A stretch of DNA of 64,000 nucleotides from a virus, in IMG/VR virus record IMGVR_UViG_3300042389_001027, positions 32,001 through 96,000 of that record; one strand, written 5' to 3'. Every line of letters starts with the position of its first letter. The stretch's first letter is position 1. The translations under genes were made by a program, and so were the position numbers. Under the pieces are notes generated by a model. It was not told the DNA's origin. It was given only the letters and a program-made list of their open reading frames with translations, and ran no database searches. Below are positions 57,490 through 64,000 of the stretch, one piece after another.

Positions 57490-57758
57490 ACAGACTCCTT
57501 CTGTTCCACGACTGACCAACCGATGGGTTCGCACCGCCATGTCACTCCATCTACTTCTACTTCGTCACGCACGGACAGTGCGGTATGTGTGCGGTTCTCG
57601 GGGAGGTGCGGTTCTAGCGCATCCCACAGTGACCCGTTATATAGGTTGGTGTCACGGAACGCACGCTCAACGATGTCGTGACCTTCAGTGTTCTCCCACT
57701 CAAAAGTGGCTGAAGTCGGGTCGCCGAACGCTTTCCATGTGATGGTGATTGTTGCCAT
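57486..57758 (-). CDS. hypothetical phage protein
   Basis: RTHTALSV.D.V.VDG..W.C..IGW motif; GAAAGGA RBS. Confidence 0.6.
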   Translation of the reverse strand: MATITITWKAFGDPTSATFEWENTEGHDIVERAFRDTNLYNGSLWDALEPHLPENRTHTALSVRDEVEVDGVTWRCEPIGWSVVEQKESV

Positions 57759-57791
57759 GTTTTTTCCTTTCGTTTAGTACTTACGAATACA

Positions 57792-57820
57792 ACTATACAC
57801 GAGGGGTGTAACATTGTCAA
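57792..57820 (-). promoter_or_regulatory. sigmaA-type promoter TTGACA-17-TATAGT with TGTTACACCCC spacer motif
   Basis: Consensus hexamers; spacer motif shared with other promoters. Confidence 0.75.
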
Positions 57821-58046
57821 CCTTTATTCAGAAAAGTTTAAAAGAATCTTTGGCGGAGAAAACTCATACAGATTTATGTAAAGAGTTCTTCCCAGTTACG
57901 CAAAACCCCCAAACCATTTACGCCCCCGCAAGCCCCGCAGCAAAAGCGTGCGCATCAGCCCCGCAGCGCACATTCATGTGCGGGACTCCCAGAAAAAGTC
58001 AAGAAATGTTCCCAGAGTTACGACATGGCGGGGCTGTGGCGAACTA

Positions 58047-58454
58047 ATGTTCGGTTTCATGAAACCCAATCGCATTGACAATGCCACTCGCTGGCAACTC
58101 CACCTAACAGCACTACAACAGTTCGTTACCCGAACTGGCTCTGCCCGTGTTCCGTCCACACACACTGAGGTCGTGGAAGGTCGCAATGTTGCCCTTGGCG
58201 CATGGGTCGGGTACATGAGACAGCGCAATCGTGCTGGGTTGTTGTCCTCGGAGCGTAAGCAAACCCTTGAGGCAATCTCGGGCTGGGCTTGGGGACCGCT
58301 TCGCCCTGGCCCTGCGACCAATACGGAACGAGATGAAAACATTGTCGTCCTTCGCTCACAAGGTCTGAGCCTTGAGACAATCGCAAGCAAGTTCGGTATC
58401 TCTCGTCAGCGAGTTCATCAAATCGCTCGTTCACACACCAACGCCAATGCCTGA
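58047..58454 (+). CDS. helicase-associated (HA) domain + sigma-region-4-like HTH protein
   Basis: W...L.AL..F..R.G..RVP..LG.WV..R..G.LS.ER...LE...W.W; GLSLETIASKFGISRQRVHQI. Confidence 0.72.
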   Translation: MFGFMKPNRIDNATRWQLHLTALQQFVTRTGSARVPSTHTEVVEGRNVALGAWVGYMRQRNRAGLLSSERKQTLEAISGWAWGPLRPGPATNTERDENIVVLRSQGLSLETIASKFGISRQRVHQIARSHTNANA

Positions 58455-58740
58455 ACACGACCCAAGTAAGTGGAGAATGGTTGACCCCAACTGGCGTATC
58501 CCAGTTGATGAGTCTGAAGTCTTTACTCCCTTGGAGCAGAACCGAGTTCCGATTAGCGGTCTTGTGCTCAAGATGTTGTGGGGGTTTATCACATTCGTTG
58601 GTCTTGTTGGTGCTGGGGTGTTTGGTATCGCTAATCTTGCTGGCGCAGAACAAATCGGTCTACTGGATTCTTATGGAATCTCACTGATTCTGATTCTGCT
58701 CCGCGCTTTGGATAAAACGACATTCGGGAAACAATCCTAA
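58447..58740 (+). CDS. membrane protein
   Basis: Two C-terminal hydrophobic segments. Confidence 0.55.
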   Translation: MPEHDPSKWRMVDPNWRIPVDESEVFTPLEQNRVPISGLVLKMLWGFITFVGLVGAGVFGIANLAGAEQIGLLDSYGISLILILLRALDKTTFGKQS

Positions 58741-58778
58741 AAACAAAACAACCCCTCAGGCTTTCGCCATTGGGGTTG
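58741..58778 (-). terminator. rho-independent terminator between converging genes
   Basis: CAACCCC/GGGGTTG stem followed on the - strand by TTTTGTTT. Confidence 0.6.
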
Positions 58779-58862
58779 CTTCGGAGCAGTTGAGGGTGAA
58801 AGGAGTAAAGTTCCTCACTTCTCTATTTGGTCGTACGCCGACTATTCGTCGTACCAGCAGGG

Positions 58863-60353
58863 TCAGAGGTTGCCCCCCTGAACCCGTCGCCATGTTTGCT
58901 TCCAACAGTTTGGATACCACATGGCTGGTTTGATTCCTGACTTCAGTTGCTCAAGAGCCTTGATTCCTTCTTGTACATTCACACGAACGATTACCTTTTC
59001 TTTGCGAACCTGCTTGATACAGTCCATTGCGAGAAAGTCCTCGTAACCGTGGTTGATTCCATGAACAAGTCCGTCCGTGATGAACACGACTGGTGCGTTC
59101 TTGTGTTGCTTCTGCTTGATTGCCCAACGCAGAGCCTCACCGTCAACACCGTTGCCACCGCTACGCTCGGGAACTGCGTCAACCATACGACCCTTTTCCG
59201 CAAGAATGAACAAGTTGTCCTTCTTGTTTTGTGAGTCTGTGGAATAAACCGCAACCGTTGCGCCGGGAGCCTGCTCCATGATTTTCACAAGGTCTGCCGT
59301 GGAGAGTCGCATAGAGCCTGAACCGTCAATGATGACGACTCCACCGTTGCCCTTCTTGCTTGCGTCAAAGATACGACGCTCAGGGTCAATCAACATTCGC
59401 CCGATACGACGAGGGTTGCGTCCCATGTCGGTTGCCCGACGCTTGCGACCCAATCCACCTTGTGCGTGACGAGTGAGTGGGAGTTTGCGAACCTTGAGTT
59501 CTGCCCAAGAGACCGCACGACCACCTTCGCTCGCAGGATTGATTTCCTTGAGTTTGGTTTTGTCAACCTTTGGCTTCGCAGGTTGCTTGTCTGCTTTGCC
59601 AATCTTGTTTGGTTGAGTTTCGCCGTTTGCTTCTGGCTTTCCGCCACCGTCATCACTTGACTGACCTTCTTGACCTTCCTCACCTTCGTCGTTCTCGTCC
59701 TCGGGTGGGTTGGCGATTCGGTCAATCATCTCTGCGATTACTTCGGTGTGGGTGAATCCCAACGGTGCGAGACCGCTTTTTGCGTCAACCGCCGTGCTTG
59801 CGAGAGTCCGACGCTTGTCTGCCTTCGCAATCAGTTTCTCAACCTTCTTGGCAATGTCTCGGAGTGCGTTCGCCCATTCGGGATTTTCCCTGCGGATTCC
59901 CGTGATGAATGGCTTGAGTCCTGCGGAGTTGGAGAATCCAACGACCGTGTAGACCGCACTTGTCCAATCGCCTTGCTTGGCGATTCGTACGCCTGCCTCA
60001 AGTTCAGACCCGTCGCTGAGGTGAGTGAGAACATCAAACCCTGCCTTCTGAGCAAGGAAGTTCACTCGGGATTCCTCAACTGCTCGCAGAGCGATTTCAC
60101 TCGCAATGTTTCGCTGAATCCATGCTGAGAAGTCGTGCGCTGGTGAGACCTTTGCGTGAACCATCTCGTGAGCCCGAATACAACGCTCAGTCTCTCCGTC
60201 ATTTACGGGGACGACCATCACCTTGTCAACAATGTTGGTGTGAGGGAGTCCTCGGACTGGAGCACATGGGTCAACGACCCACGCCCCAATCTCTGTGTCC
60301 CTGCGCCCCAACATCTCGGGCATGGGTTGGTTGTTCATTGTCGCAGTCATCAC
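58863..60353 (-). CDS. VWA-domain protein with N-terminal HExxH (CobT-like MoxR partner)
   Basis: AHEMVH; acidic linker; IDGSGSM MIDAS motif; FITDG. Confidence 0.8.
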   Translation of the reverse strand: MMTATMNNQPMPEMLGRRDTEIGAWVVDPCAPVRGLPHTNIVDKVMVVPVNDGETERCIRAHEMVHAKVSPAHDFSAWIQRNIASEIALRAVEESRVNFLAQKAGFDVLTHLSDGSELEAGVRIAKQGDWTSAVYTVVGFSNSAGLKPFITGIRRENPEWANALRDIAKKVEKLIAKADKRRTLASTAVDAKSGLAPLGFTHTEVIAEMIDRIANPPEDENDEGEEGQEGQSSDDGGGKPEANGETQPNKIGKADKQPAKPKVDKTKLKEINPASEGGRAVSWAELKVRKLPLTRHAQGGLGRKRRATDMGRNPRRIGRMLIDPERRIFDASKKGNGGVVIIDGSGSMRLSTADLVKIMEQAPGATVAVYSTDSQNKKDNLFILAEKGRMVDAVPERSGGNGVDGEALRWAIKQKQHKNAPVVFITDGLVHGINHGYEDFLAMDCIKQVRKEKVIVRVNVQEGIKALEQLKSGIKPAMWYPNCWKQTWRRVQGGNL

Positions 60354-61069
60354 GCACCAACCTTGTCAAGTGCGATTGCGTCCATGAACGATTGTGCTCG
60401 GTCTCGGAACACCATCTTGCTTGCCTTCTCGTCGCCCAACTGCTTGCGGAGCGAGTCAAATGCGTAGAAGGTGCGGAGACTGATACGACGCTCGCCTGCG
60501 TCTGCCATACGGACTGCGTATCCACGCAAATCCTCTGACAGTTTGAGTAGAGCGTTCGGGTGAGGTTGGTTGATTCGGATTGCCACGGGGAATCTGTCTT
60601 TCAGAGCCTCGGGGAGTTCCCTCATGTCCTCAATGTTGGTGGTCATGACGACGCTGAATCCGTCAAGGGGACGAACCTTGCGACCGTTGTCGGGGTTTTC
60701 CCATGACGCTGATTCGGGAGAGTCGGTCATTGCGAGGAGAGTTGCGAACACATCTCCCCCTGCCTTGTCAATCTCGTCAATCACGAGACGACCGCCACGG
60801 AGACCGTCGCCCTGCCATGCCTTGATTGCCTGACCGTCATTCCAACGCCACTCGCCATTGGCAGAGGGCTTGTAGTGACCCTCAACTTGAGCGTTAGTCA
60901 TGTCGTCGGTACAGATGAGTCGCCACGCACCGCCTGCCACATCACCCATGTTCATGCCTGCGTAGGTCTTGCCAGTTCCTGGGGGACCGAACAGAATCAC
61001 ACGGTCAATGCCTGCGATAAGTGCGTCGTTGACTTCCTGCCAACAACTCGGGAGTTCTACTTGATTCAT
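60350..61069 (-). CDS. MoxR/CobS-like AAA+ ATPase
   Basis: GPPGTGKT, VIDEIDKA, MTTN, ALKDRF, ISLR. Confidence 0.88.
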   Translation of the reverse strand: MNQVELPSCWQEVNDALIAGIDRVILFGPPGTGKTYAGMNMGDVAGGAWRLICTDDMTNAQVEGHYKPSANGEWRWNDGQAIKAWQGDGLRGGRLVIDEIDKAGGDVFATLLAMTDSPESASWENPDNGRKVRPLDGFSVVMTTNIEDMRELPEALKDRFPVAIRINQPHPNALLKLSEDLRGYAVRMADAGERRISLRTFYAFDSLRKQLGDEKASKMVFRDRAQSFMDAIALDKVGA

Positions 61070-61112
61070 TGTTCCTTCTTTCTAGGTTTAGTCGGTTTAT
61101 CTAACAAGGAGA

Positions 61113-61141
61113 AGTGTATCTACTTATTAGTGATTTGTCAA
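61113..61141 (-). promoter_or_regulatory. sigmaA-type promoter TTGACA-17-TACACT
   Basis: Consensus promoter upstream of the AAA gene. Confidence 0.75.
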
Positions 61142-61263
61142 CTCTTTTCTGAGGTTTTTTTTCGGGAGTTTTCTCTCTCCCTCAGCAACCCCCATCTTAC
61201 AGAGGGGGTGTAACACAGTAACGAACAGAGTGACCGAAAGTGTGCGCTCTGTCCGAAACTTTG

Positions 61264-62034
61264 TTAGTTGCTCACGGTTGTTCGCACTCCCTGACGGATT
61301 GCCTCAAACATGGCAAGAATGTTCTTGTCGGGGTGAGCCAACGGTTCACCAACCTCACCCATGACTTCGGATTCACACTTGGACTTCAGGTCGTCAATCT
61401 TGTCTTGGTATGCCTGCCAGTCAAAGTCCTCGTCGTTCCAATCCAAGTCTGCGTATCCCTCAATGTCCTCAACATTCCCATCACAGGTTGCGACGAGACC
61501 GTTCTGAATACGCCCTGCCCCAACGAGACCGTTTCCAAGTTCCTCGTACTGAATGTGGAACTCCAATGTTGGGAACATTGTGGAAATGTGGTTGAGTGCG
61601 TCAATCGGGGGTGACCACGCCGTATCAAAGGAGAAGTCAAGGTGAGTGTCTGAGTGACCGTTGAGACGAGTCTCGCAGTCGCCCCACTTTGTTCCCCAAT
61701 GCGAGCAACACCAGTCGTACCAGTCTTTCGCACCATACTTGGCGAGATTTGCCTGATTTCGTGCGTAGCCTTCCGCATTGCGAGTGACCAGTTCGTTGTA
61801 CCATTCCTCGGTGATTTCGCCCTTCTCCATTGACACCTTCCAGTTGGGGTGTTCCTCGGGAGTGAAGAATCCTGCGGTGGATTCCTTGAGTTCGGTCGGA
61901 ATCGGATAGAGACGACTAATAATGTCGTATGTGTCGTGTCCTTCGTCGTTCACGGTGTGGACTCGCTGAAGGAAGTCCGTGATGGACTCAGGGTCTCCCT
62001 GAATCGTCATAGTGTTGTTACACCAGTTGGGCAT
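61264..62034 (-). CDS. DUF1281/YubB-like ferredoxin-fold protein
   Basis: MPNWCNN.., DWYDWCCSHWGTKW, FDTAWSPP. Confidence 0.78.
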   Translation of the reverse strand: MPNWCNNTMTIQGDPESITDFLQRVHTVNDEGHDTYDIISRLYPIPTELKESTAGFFTPEEHPNWKVSMEKGEITEEWYNELVTRNAEGYARNQANLAKYGAKDWYDWCCSHWGTKWGDCETRLNGHSDTHLDFSFDTAWSPPIDALNHISTMFPTLEFHIQYEELGNGLVGAGRIQNGLVATCDGNVEDIEGYADLDWNDEDFDWQAYQDKIDDLKSKCESEVMGEVGEPLAHPDKNILAMFEAIRQGVRTTVSN

Positions 62035-62067
62035 TTGCTTACTCCTTATTTCTAGTAGGTATCGGAG

Positions 62068-62096
62068 AGTGTATCTCCTTTTTATTTCGCTGTCAA
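62068..62096 (-). promoter_or_regulatory. sigmaA-type promoter TTGACA-17-TACACT
   Basis: Consensus promoter upstream of the DUF1281 gene. Confidence 0.75.
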
Positions 62097-62232
62097 CTTT
62101 ATCCGAAGATTTTTTTGACTGCTTGCCCCACACCTTACAGAAGGGGTGTGACACAGATAGAACGAACACAACCATCAGAAGTGTGCGCTCTTTCTAAACA
62201 AACTTTACCAAAGGGGTGTAACACAGTTCCCC

Positions 62233-62253
62233 TGTGGATAAGCCTGTGGATAA
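62233..62253. promoter_or_regulatory. two perfect tandem DnaA boxes (TTATCCACA)
   Basis: TGTGGATAA at 62233-62241 and 62245-62253. Confidence 0.6.
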
Positions 62254-62427
62254 CTTGGACACCATAAATACATACGCATACACATGAACGCACGGCTATA
62301 CGCCACCGTCGCTACTTGTAAGCACACACACAAGCACACGCTCGCGCGCGCGTAAGCCCCGTGGGCGCATCACCAGATGCGGGACTCCCCATGCCCGCTT
62401 CCGCAGCGGGGCTCGTGGGGAAGATGG

Positions 62428-62625
62428 TTAGTCAATGACCACCCATCTGTCGCCCGCTTCTGCGATAAGTCCGAGTTGTGAGCCATTGTCCCACTTCACG
62501 AAAACAGTTCCGAAGTCGTCAATGAAATCAACATTCCCTTCGTCGCCTTGTCGTAGAAGTGTGTATGCGTCATTCGTGTACTGGAGTCGCACACGCTTTC
62601 CGAGAAGATACGAAAGATGTTTCAT
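62428..62625 (-). CDS. DUF4314-like protein
   Basis: G.RVRL...D....L..G.EG.V.FIDD.GT..V.WDNGS.LGLI...D. Confidence 0.75.
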   Translation of the reverse strand: MKHLSYLLGKRVRLQYTNDAYTLLRQGDEGNVDFIDDFGTVFVKWDNGSQLGLIAEAGDRWVVID

Positions 62626-62876
62626 TTGTTTGCCCAATACTCCTCGTGAGATAACCACAGTTTGCCGTTGTCTTGCCAACGCTTCGTGAGCATGAAAACA
62701 ATCTCACGGAACTCTGAACGGGTAACTTCCCAATCCAATAGGTTCTCATCAAACTGATTGTTCTCAAACTCAAGAATGATTGTGGCAATCGCTTCATGCC
62801 CACTCAATGTTCCGAGTGAGTAGTAATGCTCGTCAATCACATTCATTATTTCTTCGTATTTGTTTGTTAGTGTCAT
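62622..62876 (-). CDS. hypothetical protein
   Basis: Start MTLTNK; coupled to neighbours. Confidence 0.55.
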   Translation of the reverse strand: MTLTNKYEEIMNVIDEHYYSLGTLSGHEAIATIILEFENNQFDENLLDWEVTRSEFREIVFMLTKRWQDNGKLWLSHEEYWANK

Positions 62877-63001
62877 GCCACTTCCTCGTCGTCGGGGGGC
62901 GCACAGTCGTAACAGACTCGCCCGAATGATGACCACACTTCTGAAGTGTCGTCGTGTGTGTTTTGACCGCATTGGTTACAGGTGAGAGTCTCAGTAGTCA
63001 T
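62873..63001 (-). CDS. small CxxC..CxxC Zn-ribbon protein (42 aa)
   Basis: MTTETLTCNQCGQNTHDDTSEVWSSFGRVCYDCAPPDDEEVA. Confidence 0.55.
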   Translation of the reverse strand: MTTETLTCNQCGQNTHDDTSEVWSSFGRVCYDCAPPDDEEVA

Positions 63002-63230
63002 CTAGGGTGTCTCCGTTTTGGTCTTGGAAGATGAGGTCTCTTGCTCGTGCGTTACGCATCATGTCAAGTGTTTCGTTCTCTATGTAGAGAATGACATCAT
63101 CAAGTGTGAAGTTCATTTCTTCGCCGTTGAGAATACGGTTATCTTCTTTGAGTGTTTGGATAACTTCATCAACGCCGTATGTGGAAACCCACATCACATT
63201 TATGCGTTCGGGCATTACTTCTAGTTCCAT
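62991..63230 (-). CDS. acidic hypothetical protein
   Basis: AGAAAGG RBS. Confidence 0.6.
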   Translation of the reverse strand: MELEVMPERINVMWVSTYGVDEVIQTLKEDNRILNGEEMNFTLDDVILYIENETLDMMRNARARDLIFQDQNGDTLDDY

Positions 63231-63294
63231 CTATGTGTTCCTTTCTAGTAGTTACAGCAACACCCCTCAGTATAAGTGAGGGGTGTTATAGGGA

Positions 63295-63537
63295 TTAGCC
63301 CTCGTCTGCGTAGAGAGTTGCTTCGTCGTAATACGAGTAGTCGTAGTCCTGAAGATGACCAATCGCTTCCTCAAGAGAGTTTGCCTCAATGAGGTTTGAG
63401 TAATCCAAGTGTGGAGATGCTGGAGTTCTTGTGGCAGAGACACGGAATAGAGTTCCGCCTAACTCTCGCACCTCTAGGTTGGGGAAGAAACTTCCCGTTC
63501 CTGTCCAGATTGCGTATTCTTGTAGTTCGTTTGTCAT
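63295..63537 (-). CDS. acidic hypothetical protein
   Basis: ORF with upstream AAGGAAA and a TATACT box. Confidence 0.55.
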   Translation of the reverse strand: MTNELQEYAIWTGTGSFFPNLEVRELGGTLFRVSATRTPASPHLDYSNLIEANSLEEAIGHLQDYDYSYYDEATLYADEG

Positions 63538-63667
63538 TAGTTTCTTTTTCCTTGCCCCTTTCCAGAGCGTAGTAGTTGTTCTTATCTTCAGTATAACAGG
63601 TTATGTTAGATAAAACAACCTGTCAGCGGAGAAACCACTCCCCGTGAGGAGTGGTCACCCTGAGTGG

Positions 63668-64000
63668 TCAGTACCAACAAATGAGCCCGTCTGCGTGTTC
63701 CGCCGCCCACTTGAGATACCACGACGCATACTTGAGGTCTGCCGTGATGTCCTCTCCGCCCATGCGGTAAACACCATCTTCCTCGTCGCACTCGTCAAAC
63801 GCCTCGTCAATGACTTGGGCAAGAGTGAGACAAGAGCCCTTTGACTTCTCTGTCCCATCTTCGCTATCGCCATAGAACGAGAAGTCATCACTATCGCCGT
63901 ATCCGATTGCTTCCAAGAGGTAGTTGCCGTACTTGCCTCTGTACCAACAGTCAGTACCGAACATTCCATAGACAGGACTGCCGAGTGCTTCCTTGTCTTG
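63668..64000 (-). CDS. hypothetical phage protein (5' end beyond the right edge)
   Basis: Frame open to the window edge; DCWYRGKYG..WY end. Confidence 0.55.
   Translation of the reverse strand, partial: QDKEALGSPVYGMFGTDCWYRGKYGNYLLEAIGYGDSDDFSFYGDSEDGTEKSKGSCLTLAQVIDEAFDECDEEDGVYRMGGEDITADLKYASWYLKWAAEHADGLICWY

Larger units (their letters stand above)
53215..62318 (-). repeat. dispersed oriented motif CAA-N4-YGACGGTGGCR-KAWA (9 copies)
   Basis: Core CGCCACCGTC (+ strand) at 53221, 53575, 53970, 54339, 54701, 55724, 56459 (T variant), 59642 and 62301; each is followed by 5 nt and then TTG. Confidence 0.9.

Noticed and set aside
53215-62318. Dispersed repeats as a CRISPR array
   Set aside because: Spacing is irregular (hundreds to thousands of bp) and some copies lie inside genes
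1-64000. tRNA, rRNA, integrase, transposase, intron or intein
   Set aside because: No cloverleaf, recombinase/transposase motifs or splicing signatures were recognised by eye; tRNAscan/Infernal would be needed to exclude them fully
1-64000. Alternative genetic code (stop-codon reassignment)
   Set aside because: Conserved genes are full length under the standard code, and TAA, TAG and TGA all terminate well-defined genes

Overview
This is a 64-kb segment of a large tailed bacteriophage genome with a contractile (myovirus-type) tail. The host is very likely actinobacterial, judging from the WhiB gene, an LPXTG protein, actinophage-type holin and metallophosphoesterase, and AGAAAGG ribosome-binding sites. 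From left to right: an HK97-type portal running off the left edge on the - strand; a divergent + strand block with terminase, Rad52-like annealase, RecB/Cas4-like nuclease, a PAPS-reductase/ParB pair and an Arg-rich protein; neck, sheath, tube, frameshifted chaperone, tape measure and baseplate; about 14 kb of fibre-like genes. The fibre genes end in a Gly-X-Y/His-rich protein followed by two 2OG-Fe(II) oxygenases, a flavin-dependent halogenase and a methyltransferase-like gene. After that come surface-protein genes (PA14/FN3, LPXTG), holin and endolysin, a phosphoesterase, an HslV-like protease and WhiB. From about 51.7 kb there is a - strand early/replication region of small genes dense with repeated regulatory motifs. 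The most interesting candidates are: (1) a putative virion-fibre tailoring system; (2) a 9-copy oriented stoperator-like motif; (3) an abrupt, extreme strand-composition flip at about 51.9 kb next to replication genes; (4) a promoter class carrying a GTGTNACAC palindrome, plus tandem DnaA boxes and a covarying structured repeat. All product calls come from motif recognition by eye; no searches were run.
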